DNA of 64,000 bases. It comes from Kiritimatiellia bacterium. GTDB lineage: Bacteria > Verrucomicrobiota > Kiritimatiellia > RFP12 > UBA1067. Positions within the stretch are counted from its first letter, which is position 1. Each line of letters opens with the position of its first letter. Positions 7,903-17,882 of the stretch are shown here, piece by piece. Where the stretch lies: positions 1,483 through 65,482 of the forward strand of contig JAFXEU010000082.1 of assembly GCA_017520845.1 (NCBI GenBank), given 5' to 3'. The notes beneath the pieces are model-generated. The model saw only the letters and a program-made list of their open reading frames with translations. It ran no database searches and was not told the DNA's origin. Position numbers and translations under genes: made by a program.

Positions 7903-8601
7903 ATGAAAATCACTTTGATAGCCAATAATAACGGTTCTTTGCTCAAGTTGTGTTTTACCTCCGAAAAGGTAATCGGTATCGGTCGCGATATCGGTAATAC
8001 CATTGCGCCGTTGTCGGCGGAAGGTGTTTCGCGTAATCACGCGAAGATTTTTGAAAAGGACGGCAAGTGGTTTCTTGAAGATCTCGGCAGTATGAACGGT
8101 ACCTATCGTCTCGGTCAGAAGGTGGAGGGTACTGTCGAGCTCGCCGTTCGCGATATGCTTCAGTTCGGTAAATTTATCGTTTCTGTCGATGAAATCGAAG
8201 GTGATAAGGCTGTTGCTCCCGAAGCGGCTCCTGCTGCGGCTGTTCCTCCGGTTGCAGATGCCATTAAGCCAGCTGCCGCTCCTGCGGTTGAGTCCGCGCC
8301 CGCCGCTCCTGTCGCCGCTCCTTCTGCTGAGCCCGCTTCTGCTGTTGTTGCGGCCGCCGCCGCGACTCCCACGACGGCGCTTCGTCGTCCTCAGTTGCCT
8401 TCGATGAAGTCTGGTCTTAAGCTTCCTCCGAAGCCTGGTCTCGGTGCCGGTCTTAAGCTTCCCCCGAAGCCCGGGTTGGGCGCCGGTCTTAAGCTTCCCC
8501 CGAAGCCCGGGTTGGGCGCAGGTCTTAAGCTTCCGCCCAAGGCTCCCGCCGCTCCTGCCGCGCCTGCCGACGGTGTGGCCGAGCTTACTCCTGTTGAATA
8601 A
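7903..8601 (+). CDS. FHA-domain protein with Ala/Pro-rich linker and tandem GLKLPPKPGLGA tail
   Basis: IGRD.....L.....VSRNHAKIF.KDGKWFLEDLGSMNGTY..G matches the FHA core (G-R...S-x-x-H...N-G-T). The C-terminal half is low complexity. ATG 7903 is preferred over TTG 7873. Confidence 0.85.
   Translation: MKITLIANNNGSLLKLCFTSEKVIGIGRDIGNTIAPLSAEGVSRNHAKIFEKDGKWFLEDLGSMNGTYRLGQKVEGTVELAVRDMLQFGKFIVSVDEIEGDKAVAPEAAPAAAVPPVADAIKPAAAPAVESAPAAPVAAPSAEPASAVVAAAAATPTTALRRPQLPSMKSGLKLPPKPGLGAGLKLPPKPGLGAGLKLPPKPGLGAGLKLPPKAPAAPAAPADGVAELTPVE
8413..8541 (+). repeat. 36-bp coding tandem repeat, about 3.6 copies
   Basis: GGTCTTAAGCTTCCCCCGAAGCCCGGGTTGGGCGCC-type units start at 8413, 8449, 8485 and 8521. 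They encode GLKLPPKPGLGA. The period is a multiple of 3. Confidence 0.8.
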
Positions 8602-8632
8602 GTTTAATTAAGATTTTAGAAGGATATTAAAA

Positions 8633-9604
8633 ATGAATATCAAAACGATTCTCTTTTCATCCGCTATCGTCGCGTTGGCCGGATGCTGCAATTTACAGAA
8701 GTGCTGTTATGACTGCAAAGATCCCGTTGTCGGAAACTGGGGACTTAAGCTTCCTTATGACGGTATGAGCGCCGGCTCGATGATCGTTGAGCGCGATGCC
8801 GAGGGTAAGGCTTCCGCTCTCGTTCTCTGGCGTTGGGCATCGCCGACTCCCGTTAAGAATCTTGTCATCAATGGCGATGAATTCTCTTTCGATCATCCTT
8901 GGAAGTTTAAGGTTGAAGGTAAGGTCAACGGCAATAAGCTCGAAGCTAAAGTTACCAATAACGATGGTACAGATGCCGGTAAGCTTACCGGTTGGCGCAA
9001 TCCTCCGGTTTGCTCAAAGGTTTCAACAAAGGACGCTAAGTTCGGCGAGAAGATTGATCTTCTTAAAGACGGTCTCGACGGCTGGAAGTCTATGAATCCC
9101 GAGTCCAAGTTTGCCTGGAAGTTCAAAGACGGTGTTCTTTCCAACAACCTCGGCCGCAAACCTGACGGAAAGTGGAATCACGGCGGCGCCAATCTTATGA
9201 CCAAGCGCTGCGACTTCTACGACTTCAAGCTCGAGTATGATGTCCGCGTTCCTAAGGATTCAAACTCCGGCGTCTATCTCCGCGGCCGCTATGAGATCCA
9301 GACGATCGACAGTTACGGTAAGAAAGTCGATTGCCACAACATGGCCGCGTACTACGGTCGCGTAACTCCCTCGGTCGCGGCCGAAAAGCCCGCCGGCGAG
9401 TGGCAGCACGTTTCCGTCGTACTTTATAAACGCCACCTCACCGTCGTTCTCAACGGCAAGACGATTATCGACAACGCTCCTGTCGTCGGCGTCACGGGCG
9501 GTGCCATCGACGCGAACGAGTTCGTCCCCGGACCTCTTTATCTCCAGGGCGATCACTCCGATGCGGATTACAAGAACATGTATCTTTATCCCGTCATCAA
9601 CTGA
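8633..9604 (+). CDS. lipoprotein with C-terminal DUF1080 (3-keto-disaccharide hydrolase / LamG-like) domain
   Basis: Lipobox ALAGC. The C-terminal half has NSGVYLRGRYEIQTIDSYG ... GEWQHVSVVL....LTVVLNGKTII ... GPLYLQGDHSDADYKNMYLYPV, the characteristic DUF1080 layout. Confidence 0.85.
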   Translation: MNIKTILFSSAIVALAGCCNLQKCCYDCKDPVVGNWGLKLPYDGMSAGSMIVERDAEGKASALVLWRWASPTPVKNLVINGDEFSFDHPWKFKVEGKVNGNKLEAKVTNNDGTDAGKLTGWRNPPVCSKVSTKDAKFGEKIDLLKDGLDGWKSMNPESKFAWKFKDGVLSNNLGRKPDGKWNHGGANLMTKRCDFYDFKLEYDVRVPKDSNSGVYLRGRYEIQTIDSYGKKVDCHNMAAYYGRVTPSVAAEKPAGEWQHVSVVLYKRHLTVVLNGKTIIDNAPVVGVTGGAIDANEFVPGPLYLQGDHSDADYKNMYLYPVIN

Positions 9605-9617
9605 TCGGATCTGAACT

Positions 9618-10982
9618 ATGCGAAAAACGCTTCTTGTCGGAGTTCTCTCGCTTATGGTCTCGCCGCTTTTCGCAGCGAGACCTGTTGCGGCTTGGGATGT
9701 TGTGCCTCATCAGCGCGTTGACGGAACTTTTACCGCCGGCGTTGTTGCGTTTCACGATAAGGCCGTAAAGGTCGAGTTTACGATTAACGGCAGGAAGTTC
9801 GGCAAGCCGGTCGACGCGCCGACGCTCAACCCGAGAACGGGCGTTGAGGAGTTTGTTCTGTCGTTCCCCGCGGGTAAACTTTGCGAGAAACTCGGCGACA
9901 GGGAGTATACTCTCGGAGCTAAAGTCTTCGTCGAAGGCGATAAGTCTTACGAATTGCCCGCGCTGACGATCTATGCCAATGCAAAGGGTACCCTAGGGTC
10001 GAAGAGAATAATATGGGCCGATTCTGAAAACGGTAATGAATTCGCTGCCGGCGATCAGACTTCTCCCGTTAAAACGCTTGCCCGCGCAATCAAAATGGCG
10101 GGCGACGGCGGAACCGTTTACCTTAAGAGCGGCACATACAATCTCAGAAGTCTCGGTGGCGGGTTTGACAGAAAATACTGGACGCTTATCACGCCCGCGC
10201 CCGGTGTCGAGCGCAGCAGCATTAAACTTATGTCCGGTCGTCCCGGAACCGATAAGCTTCATTTAAAGAACCTTAATCTTTACTGTAATATAGATGCTGA
10301 AGAATACGGATCGATTTTCATGGGTGAAGGAGGAAAGACCTCTGCCTGGTTTGACAACTGCAATTTCACAAATCTTAAAGGCCGCCATACCGGAGAGGCG
10401 TATCCTGTCGGCAATAAGCTTGTCGCATACGTAACGGGAGGTGCGACCTACGAAATGACGACCGGTCCCGCCGCTGTGATTATGCGCGCTCATACCGTCA
10501 AGTCCGTCGCCAAGAATCCCGTTCCCGGTTCTTCGTCCCTTATCGTCAATTGCACGATCGATGATGTGAAGCCTCTCGACAGCGCTTCATCCGTCGAGGC
10601 TTTGACTTCGATCGCCCAGTATCCCGATTGGTCCGGCGATTTGATCGTTTACGGGCTTAAGTCGTCGGGAATAGCCTGTCGTGTGTTTTCTTTCCGCAGA
10701 TTGAAAGATTCCGCCTTCGTAAACGTTTCTTTCGACGTCGTTACGCCCGAAGGCGTATATTCCAGCATTGCGGACGAGACGGAGAATGTTCTTTTCGAGA
10801 ACTTTTCGCTTCCCGGACAGGAGATTAAATTGGCGCTTTCCGAAAACGGTCGCGGCGATTTCAAGCCTACCGACGTCGTTATGAAAAAATGCGAGCTTGG
10901 AGTGGTGAGCGGATGTAAAACATCAGACGGCTCCAAGGGATTTGATTTAAGAGATTCAAAAGTCAAGTTGATCAAGAAGTGA
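9618..10982 (+). CDS. secreted hypothetical protein, probable right-handed beta-helix
   Basis: Signal peptide present. SPVKTLARAIKMAGDGGTVYLKSGTY is the usual N-cap of DUF1565/pectin-lyase-fold proteins. It is followed by N-C-x-F type turns (WFDNCNFTN, LIVNCTID). Confidence 0.75.
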   Translation: MRKTLLVGVLSLMVSPLFAARPVAAWDVVPHQRVDGTFTAGVVAFHDKAVKVEFTINGRKFGKPVDAPTLNPRTGVEEFVLSFPAGKLCEKLGDREYTLGAKVFVEGDKSYELPALTIYANAKGTLGSKRIIWADSENGNEFAAGDQTSPVKTLARAIKMAGDGGTVYLKSGTYNLRSLGGGFDRKYWTLITPAPGVERSSIKLMSGRPGTDKLHLKNLNLYCNIDAEEYGSIFMGEGGKTSAWFDNCNFTNLKGRHTGEAYPVGNKLVAYVTGGATYEMTTGPAAVIMRAHTVKSVAKNPVPGSSSLIVNCTIDDVKPLDSASSVEALTSIAQYPDWSGDLIVYGLKSSGIACRVFSFRRLKDSAFVNVSFDVVTPEGVYSSIADETENVLFENFSLPGQEIKLALSENGRGDFKPTDVVMKKCELGVVSGCKTSDGSKGFDLRDSKVKLIKK

Positions 10983-11007
10983 CGCTTGACGATTTTCAAG
11001 GAGAAAA

Positions 11008-12753
11008 ATGAGCGAAATCAGCGAACAGCAAAGAAGGCATTCGGCGGCCCACATTATGGCGCGCGCCGTTTCTAACGTATTTGAAGATGTGCAGGTCGAC
11101 ATCGGACCTGCGACGGACGAAGGCTTTTATTACGACTTCGATCTTCCCCACCGTATTTCAACCGACGACTTCGCGAAGATAGAGGCAGAAATCGCGCGTC
11201 TTATCGCGCTTGACGAGCCTTTCGTCAAGAAGGTCGTCACCCGCGCGGAATGCGAGAAGCTTCTCGAAGGTCAGAAGTATAAACTCGAACGCCTCGCCGA
11301 TATTCCCGAAGGCGAAGATATTTCGACCTACACGGTCGGCGATTACGTCGAAATGTGCCGCGGACCTCACGTCGAAACGTCTTCTCAGATCGGCGTCGTC
11401 AAGCTCGTGCGCGTTGCCGGCTCCTACTATCGCGGCGACGAGAAGAACAAGATGCTTCAGCGCGTCTACGGCATCGTCGCCAAGGATCAGGCCGAACTCG
11501 ACGCGATTATCGCCCGCGAAGAAGAGGCCCGCAAGCGCGACCACCGAATTTTAGGCAGGCAGCTCGAGCTCTTCACGATTACGGAATCCGTAGGCCCCGG
11601 CCTCGTTCACTGGCTCCCGAAGGGCGCTCGTATCCGTGTCGCGATTGAGGAATATTGGCGCAGGAAACATTACGACGCCGGTTACGAGATCGTTTATACG
11701 CCTCATGTCGGCCGCAGCAATCTTTGGCAGACTTCCGGTCACCTCGGTTTCTATAAAGAGGGTATGTTCCCGTGTATGAAGGTTCAGGAAGGCGACGGAA
11801 ACGACTCTTACGTCGAAGAGTATTACGTAAAGCCGATGAACTGCCCGTTCCATATTCAGATATATCAGGCAAAGAAGCGCAGCTACCGCGATCTTCCTAT
11901 GCGCATGGCCGAACTTGGAACCGTCTATCGCTACGAGAAGGACGGCGTCCGCCACGGTCTTTTCCGCGTAAGGGGCTTTACCCAGGACGATGCCCACATT
12001 CTCTGCACGGCAGATCAGATCGTACAGGAGATTAAGGATACGGTCCGTTTCGCCAAGGATATGCTCGGTCGCTTCGGCTTCCATGATATTCAGGCGTACC
12101 TTTCGACCAAGCCCGAGAAGGCCGTCGGTGAGGAGAGTCGCTGGGAGCAGGCCACTCAGTCGCTGCGCGATGCGCTTGAACAGGAAGGTCTTTCATACGA
12201 GGTCGACGAAGGCGGCGGCGCTTTCTACGGTCCTAAGATCGATATGAAGATTAAAGACGCTCTCGGCCGTCCGTGGCAGCTCGGCACGGTTCAGTTCGAC
12301 TTCAATCTTCCTGAGCGATTCGATCTCACGTACGTCGGCGCCGACGGTAAGGATCATCGTCCCTACATGGTCCACCGCGCGCTTTTGGGCTCGATCGAGC
12401 GCTTCTTCGGAATTCTTATCGAACATTACGCCGGCGCGTTTCCGCTTTGGCTCGCTCCTGAGCAGGTTCGTGTTCTCCCCGTCAGCGACAAGGCTCTCGG
12501 GTATGCCGAGAAGGTTCGCGCCGCGCTCAAGGCCGAAGGTTTCCGCGTTGACGTCGATGTCGCTCCCGACAAGCTCGGCGCGAAGATCCGCGAGGCCACG
12601 CTCCAGAAGATTCCGTTCCAGGTCGTCGTCGGTCCCCGCGACGAGGCGGCGGGCACGGTTTCCGTTCGCTCCCGCGCAGACGGTGATCTCGGTGCGATGA
12701 CGATTGCAGACCTTGCTAAGCATCTTAAAGAGAAGGTTGAAGCCGCGTCATAA
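11008..12753 (+). CDS. thrS: threonine--tRNA ligase (no N-terminal TGS domain)
   Basis: RRHSAAHIMARAV (editing-domain HxxxH), DHRILGRQLELF, MNCPFHIQIY, RVRGFTQDDAHILC, and a class II core plus anticodon-binding C-terminus. Confidence 0.95.
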   Translation: MSEISEQQRRHSAAHIMARAVSNVFEDVQVDIGPATDEGFYYDFDLPHRISTDDFAKIEAEIARLIALDEPFVKKVVTRAECEKLLEGQKYKLERLADIPEGEDISTYTVGDYVEMCRGPHVETSSQIGVVKLVRVAGSYYRGDEKNKMLQRVYGIVAKDQAELDAIIAREEEARKRDHRILGRQLELFTITESVGPGLVHWLPKGARIRVAIEEYWRRKHYDAGYEIVYTPHVGRSNLWQTSGHLGFYKEGMFPCMKVQEGDGNDSYVEEYYVKPMNCPFHIQIYQAKKRSYRDLPMRMAELGTVYRYEKDGVRHGLFRVRGFTQDDAHILCTADQIVQEIKDTVRFAKDMLGRFGFHDIQAYLSTKPEKAVGEESRWEQATQSLRDALEQEGLSYEVDEGGGAFYGPKIDMKIKDALGRPWQLGTVQFDFNLPERFDLTYVGADGKDHRPYMVHRALLGSIERFFGILIEHYAGAFPLWLAPEQVRVLPVSDKALGYAEKVRAALKAEGFRVDVDVAPDKLGAKIREATLQKIPFQVVVGPRDEAAGTVSVRSRADGDLGAMTIADLAKHLKEKVEAAS

Positions 12754-12774
12754 TGCGGCTTTATTCAAGGCGCT

Positions 12775-13410
12775 ATGAAAAAGGGTCGTTTTATCACTTT
12801 TGAAGGCGGCGAAGGCTGCGGTAAATCGACCCAGATCAAGCGCCTTGAATCTTATCTTAAAGAGAAGGGTGTTGAGGTTCTCGTTACCCGTGAACCCGGC
12901 GGTACGCGTCTTGCGGAACTTATACGAGGGCTTCTGAAAGACGAGAAGGATGATCCTCCGTGCGATCGTGCCGAACTTCTTCTCTTTCTCGCTGCCCGCG
13001 CTCAGCTTGTGAAAAATGTGATTCTTCCGGCGCTTGAGTCTGGCGTGTGGGTATTGAGCGACAGATTCAGCGATTCCACTTTTGCATACCAGGGATATGG
13101 CCGCGGGCTGGATCTTGAGATTCTCAAGATTGCCAATGATTTCGCATGCGATTCTCTTAAGCCCGATTTGACGCTTCTTCTCGATGTTCCGCCAGAGGTC
13201 GCATCGGCGCGTATGCGTAAACGTGAGAAGGAGACAAACACTGAGGCCGACAGAATCGAGCTTGCGGGCGATGAGTTTCACCGTAAACTTCGCGAGGGTT
13301 TTCACGCTCTCGCCGCGGACGAGAGCGATCGTATTCACACTATTGACGCGTCCGGTACGCCGGATGAGGTTTGGGAGGCGGTATGCAGGTCTCTGAAGCG
13401 TTTAATCTGA
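12775..13410 (+). CDS. tmk: thymidylate kinase
   Basis: GRFITFEGGEGCGKSTQ P-loop, TREPGGT and DRF.DST motifs; 211 aa. Confidence 0.95.
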   Translation: MKKGRFITFEGGEGCGKSTQIKRLESYLKEKGVEVLVTREPGGTRLAELIRGLLKDEKDDPPCDRAELLLFLAARAQLVKNVILPALESGVWVLSDRFSDSTFAYQGYGRGLDLEILKIANDFACDSLKPDLTLLLDVPPEVASARMRKREKETNTEADRIELAGDEFHRKLREGFHALAADESDRIHTIDASGTPDEVWEAVCRSLKRLI

Positions 13411-14183
13411 TTTCCCGCGCCGTCGATTCTGGTAAGCCCGCCCACGGATATCTTCTCTGCGGTGATCTTCGCGGCCAATGCGATGTTTTAACCGATAGGA
13501 TTTTAAGAAAACTTTTTCCCGATGAAATCTCCCAGGTCGAGAAGCATTCCCATCCCGATGTCGCATGGCTCGAAGCCGAAGGGAAAAGCCGCACCATCCA
13601 TGTAAAATCGATGCGCGAGAAGATCGTCGCGCCGATGTCGGTTACCGCGTTTTCCGGCGGATGGAAAGTCGGTGTGATAATCGGCGCCGACAGGATGGAG
13701 ACCGAGGCCGCCAACGCTTTTTTGAAAACGCTCGAAGAGCCTCCGCCTAAAACCCTTTTTATTCTCCAGACCGATTCTCCCGACGCGATTCTTCCTACGA
13801 TAATCTCGCGTTCCCAGCGCGTAGATCTGCCGCTTTCGGAGGGTGTTTTGGAAGGTGATGCGTATGAGGACGTCCGCGAGGTGATGGAAGAGGTCGTTTT
13901 GTGCGAGACAGTGTTTGAACGGGCTCTTGCGGGCAGGCGTCTCGCCGAAATTCTCTCATCTCTTAAAGACGAAGCCGAGGATGAAGATGTTGCAATCGTC
14001 CGCAAAGCGTTTTACAAAACCGTCGCATCGTTCGTACGGCGCGGAATGTTGAACGGCTCGGTACCGCTTTTCAAGGCTTTTCGCAATCTCGAGGCGGTCG
14101 AGACGGCGTACCGCCAGAGCGAGAAGTCGATGAACGACGAAGCAGTTCTTTGCGCGATGATGGACAGGATGGCTTTTAAATGA
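13383..14183 (+). CDS. holB: DNA polymerase III delta-prime subunit
   Basis: HGYLLCGD, ANAFLKTLEEPPPKTLFILQT and ILPTIISRSQ motifs. GGAGG precedes ATG 13383. Overlaps the tmk 3' end by 28 nt. Confidence 0.8.
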   Translation: MQVSEAFNLISRAVDSGKPAHGYLLCGDLRGQCDVLTDRILRKLFPDEISQVEKHSHPDVAWLEAEGKSRTIHVKSMREKIVAPMSVTAFSGGWKVGVIIGADRMETEAANAFLKTLEEPPPKTLFILQTDSPDAILPTIISRSQRVDLPLSEGVLEGDAYEDVREVMEEVVLCETVFERALAGRRLAEILSSLKDEAEDEDVAIVRKAFYKTVASFVRRGMLNGSVPLFKAFRNLEAVETAYRQSEKSMNDEAVLCAMMDRMAFK

Positions 14184-15124
14184 AGTTCGCGCTTTCAACC
14201 AACTGGTGCAACCGTAAGTACGATTCCGGCGAAGAAATCGCCGATAAAGCTTTAGCTCTCGGATTTGAAGCGTTGGAACTTGGTTTCAATACAACTGACG
14301 CTCAACTTTCGGGATTTATTAAAAGGCTTGACCAGATTCCCGTCGAAAGCGTTCACGCGTTCTGTCCCGTGCCGCTCTCGGCGCCGGATGGAAGTCCCGA
14401 ACTTTATTCGCTCGCGAGCCCTGACGAGAACGAACGCGCAATGGCGAGGATTTATCTTTTAAAAACGATCGATACCGCCTCGGATCTCGGAGCAAAATCG
14501 ATTGTTCTTCATGCGGGACGGATTCCGCTGACGACTTTTTTTTCGAAAAAGCGCGATTCTCATCTGCTGCGAGAGACGCTCATAGCGGCAAAGGGCGATA
14601 CGCTCAATCCCAAATACCGCAAAGCCTTAAACTCTGCGCTCTCGGCACGTAACAAGAGGGCCGCGAAGATAACCGATCTCTTTTTAAGAGAGCTCGAATC
14701 GATAACGCCAGTACTTGAAAAAAGGTCGCTCCCGATAGCTTTGGAGAATCTTCCGTTTTTAGAAGGTTATCCGAACGAGGTTGAAACGCTCGATATCGTC
14801 ACGAGGCTATCAGGTTCGCGCGTCTTCGCATGGTACGACACGGGCCACCACCGCGTCAGAGAAATGCACGGATGGATCGATGATGCCGCAAAGGAAGCGC
14901 TTGAGAAACTTCAAGACGCTTCTCTTATCCGCGGTATGCACATAAACGATGTCAAAGACTATTACGACGATCATTTCGCTCCCGGCGGGGGCAGTGTCGA
15001 TTTCGCCGCGTTGTCGTCGATGGCCGCGAAGGCCGAGCATATCGTTTTCGAGCCGAAAAGCCACGTCTCCGAGGAGTCGCTTAAAAAAGCGCTCGCGGCC
15101 GATATTTTCGGCGGTCGAATTTGA
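14180..15124 (+). CDS. xylose-isomerase-like TIM-barrel protein (sugar phosphate isomerase/epimerase family)
   Basis: ATGA overlap with holB. LGFEALELGF, SIVLHAG, IALENLP and WYDTGH strand-end motifs are typical of the AP_endonuc_2 fold. Confidence 0.7.
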   Translation: MKFALSTNWCNRKYDSGEEIADKALALGFEALELGFNTTDAQLSGFIKRLDQIPVESVHAFCPVPLSAPDGSPELYSLASPDENERAMARIYLLKTIDTASDLGAKSIVLHAGRIPLTTFFSKKRDSHLLRETLIAAKGDTLNPKYRKALNSALSARNKRAAKITDLFLRELESITPVLEKRSLPIALENLPFLEGYPNEVETLDIVTRLSGSRVFAWYDTGHHRVREMHGWIDDAAKEALEKLQDASLIRGMHINDVKDYYDDHFAPGGGSVDFAALSSMAAKAEHIVFEPKSHVSEESLKKALAADIFGGRI

Positions 15125-15141
15125 CTGAAGCCCGGGGGCCG

Positions 15142-17871
15142 TCAGTGCGCCTCGAGCCAGTTCCGGCCGACGCCGATATCGACATCGAGGGGAACGCCGA
15201 AGTCGATGGCCGAGGTCATCTCGCGCTTAATAATAGCCTTAAGTTCGTCGACCTCTTCGATCGGCGCGTCGAATACGAGTTCGTCGTGAATCTGAAGAAC
15301 CATCTTCGATCTTAGTCCCGCGGCGGAAATCGCGCGCTCGACGTTGACCATCGCGACCTTTATGAGATCTGCGGCCGAGCCCTGGATCGGCGTATTTATC
15401 GCATCGCGCTCCGCCGTCTGCCGTGCCGTAGCGTTGCGCGAGTTAATGTCCCTCAAGGTGCGTCTGCGGCCGAGAATGGTCGTCGCGTATCCTTTTTCGC
15501 GGGCGGTCGCGATCGACTTATCCATGTATTCCTTGATTTTCGGATAGAGTTTGAAATACGTGTCGATCAGTTTCGCGGCCTCAGCGCGGGAAATTTTAAG
15601 GCGTTGCGAAAGGCCGAAAGCCGAAATGCCGTAGATGATGCCGAAGTTGACCATCTTGCAGAATGATCTCTGCTCGTCGGTAACGAACGCGGGCATCACG
15701 TCGTAGACTCTCGCCGCCGTGTCGCGGTGGATGTCCTCGCCGTTTCTGAACGCCTCGAGCATAGCCTTGTCGCCGGAGAACGCCGCCATGAGCCTGAGTT
15801 CGATCTGGGAATAGTCGGCTGAAACGAGAACGTGTTTTTCGTCGCGAGGGACAAAAGCCTTTCGGATAAGCTTTCCGCGAGAAGTTCTTATAGGGATGTT
15901 CTGGAGATTGGGATCGGAAGAGCTTAAGCGGCCCGTTTCGGTAAACGCCTGCGCGTATGTCGTGTGGACGCGGTTATTCTCGTCAATAAGCGTCGGGAGT
16001 TTGTCCACATAAGTCGATTTAAGCTTTGTGCAGGCGCGGTATTCGAGAATCTTCGGAATGATCGGATGGGCGGAAGCGAGTTTCGAGAGCGTTTTCTCGT
16101 CGGTCGAATAGTTGCCCATCGAAGTCTTTTTAATCCCGTCGGTCGGAAGTCCCAGCTTTTCAAACAGAAGAACGCCGAGCTGCTTGGGGCTGTCGGGGTT
16201 GAATCCCGCGTCGGCGTATGAAAGGATATCGGTCAGAAGGGCGAGGATTTCGCGGTCGAGTTCACGCGCATATTCCTTAAGCGCGGCGACGTCGATTTTT
16301 ACACCTTCACGCTCCATATCAATGAGAACCTTGACGAGAGGTTCTTCGGCCTTATCTAGAGATTTTAACGCCCCTGACTCCTCAGCCGCTTTTCTCAATA
16401 CGGCGTCGAGTCGCAACGTGACGTCGGCGTCCTCGGCCGCGTAATCGAGAATCTCTTCCGGCTTCAATGCCGCCATAGAAAGCTGCTCCTTGCCGCGTTC
16501 TTTAGCCCCGATAAGCGATTCGATCGGGATGGGCCTATAAGAAAGATATTGTTCGGCGAGCGCGTCCATTCCGTGACGGGCGGCCGCGTCGAGACAGTAG
16601 TGTTCTAAAAGCGTATCGCGCGGAGTCGACGCGAAACCGATGCCGTATCGTAAGAGTACGCTGCGGTCGAACTTCACGTTGTGGCCGATGAACGTTTTCG
16701 ACGGATCTGCAAAAAGGGGCCTGAAAACATCAATCCAGTCGGCTGTCACATACCACGCCTTTCCGGGTGCGGTCGCGAAGGAAAAGCCGACCATCTTGCA
16801 GAAATGAGCCTCGGTCGGACCGTGGCCGTCGAACGCGGCGGTCTCGGTGTCGAAGGCGATGACGTCGGCTTTCATCAGTTCATCGAAAAGCTCGCGCGCT
16901 TGGCTCTCCGTGTTTACGAGTCTGTAGTCGTGAGGTACGGAGGAGATATCCGTAAGATCGGCGGCATCCTTCGCGCGGGATTCTTCAATCGCCGCGGCGG
17001 CTCCGTCGCCGAGGAAATCTTTGGCGAGACGGTTGAGTTCGAATTTTGCGCAGACGGCGGCGAGTTTCTCCTTGTCTATGCCGTTAAGTCTGTATTCGTC
17101 CCAGTTCGGTTCGATCGGAACGTCGGTGCGGATGGTCGTGAGAAATTTGGAGATTTTCGCGTCTTCGCGACCGTTGAAAACTTTTTCGGCGAGCTTGCCT
17201 TTAAGTTTTCCGACATTCTCAATTATTCCCTCGACGCTGCCGAAGCGCTGCAGGAGATCGGTCGCCGTTTTTTCGCCGACGCCGCGTATGCCGGGGATGT
17301 TGTCGGACGCATCGCCCGCGAGGGCGAGATAGTCGATCATCTGGAGAGGAGAAGTGAAGCCCCACTTTTCCGTTACGCCTTTTTCGTCGTATATCTCGGC
17401 CGCGTCGCCGGAGCGGGCAGGGCGGTAAAGCTTTATCCCGGGGCGCACAATCTGGGCGGCGTCCTTGTCGGGAGTCGCCATATAAACGTCAAAACCGGCC
17501 TCGGCGCCTTTTACGGCGAGTGTACCCATGACGTCGTCGGCCTCGAATCCGTCGACGAGCACCACGGGGATTTTTAGAGCCTCTGCGAGTTCAAAGGCGT
17601 AAGGAATCGATGCGGCGAGATCTTCAGGCATCTTCTGGCGCTGGGCCTTGTAGGGCGCATACGCTTCGTGGCGGAACGTAGGCCCGCCAGGATCCATCGC
17701 CAGAACCGCGTGAGTCGGTTTCTCGCGCTTTAAAATCGTCGTAAGTCCGTTCACGAGACCGAGCAGCGCGGAGGTGTTTATCCCGCCTGCTGTCATTCTC
17801 GGGTTCCTTAAAAAAACGAAATGCCCCTTGTAAAGAAAGGGCATCAGGTCGATTATGAAGAGTTTGTTCAC
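15142..17871 (-). CDS. polA: DNA polymerase I
   Basis: 909 aa with a 5'-nuclease N-terminus (GFEADDVMGT), a 3'-5' exonuclease region (IAFDTET), and polymerase motifs DYSQIELR, RRTAKMVNFGIIYG-like (FCKMVNFGIIYG) and QIHDELVF. Confidence 0.97.
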   Translation of the reverse strand: MNKLFIIDLMPFLYKGHFVFLRNPRMTAGGINTSALLGLVNGLTTILKREKPTHAVLAMDPGGPTFRHEAYAPYKAQRQKMPEDLAASIPYAFELAEALKIPVVLVDGFEADDVMGTLAVKGAEAGFDVYMATPDKDAAQIVRPGIKLYRPARSGDAAEIYDEKGVTEKWGFTSPLQMIDYLALAGDASDNIPGIRGVGEKTATDLLQRFGSVEGIIENVGKLKGKLAEKVFNGREDAKISKFLTTIRTDVPIEPNWDEYRLNGIDKEKLAAVCAKFELNRLAKDFLGDGAAAAIEESRAKDAADLTDISSVPHDYRLVNTESQARELFDELMKADVIAFDTETAAFDGHGPTEAHFCKMVGFSFATAPGKAWYVTADWIDVFRPLFADPSKTFIGHNVKFDRSVLLRYGIGFASTPRDTLLEHYCLDAAARHGMDALAEQYLSYRPIPIESLIGAKERGKEQLSMAALKPEEILDYAAEDADVTLRLDAVLRKAAEESGALKSLDKAEEPLVKVLIDMEREGVKIDVAALKEYARELDREILALLTDILSYADAGFNPDSPKQLGVLLFEKLGLPTDGIKKTSMGNYSTDEKTLSKLASAHPIIPKILEYRACTKLKSTYVDKLPTLIDENNRVHTTYAQAFTETGRLSSSDPNLQNIPIRTSRGKLIRKAFVPRDEKHVLVSADYSQIELRLMAAFSGDKAMLEAFRNGEDIHRDTAARVYDVMPAFVTDEQRSFCKMVNFGIIYGISAFGLSQRLKISRAEAAKLIDTYFKLYPKIKEYMDKSIATAREKGYATTILGRRRTLRDINSRNATARQTAERDAINTPIQGSAADLIKVAMVNVERAISAAGLRSKMVLQIHDELVFDAPIEEVDELKAIIKREMTSAIDFGVPLDVDIGVGRNWLEAH

Positions 17872-17882
17872 GGGTCTGAATC

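Noticed and set aside
8404-8560. Regularly spaced 36-bp repeats, considered as a possible CRISPR-like array.
   Set aside because: The repeats are directly tandem, with no spacers. They are in frame and encode GLKLPPKPGLGA inside the FHA protein.
16681-17577. 298-aa + strand ORF inside polA, and 281-aa + strand ORF (18290-19135) inside nifS.
   Set aside because: Both are antisense to unmistakable housekeeping genes, and their translations have no family motifs.
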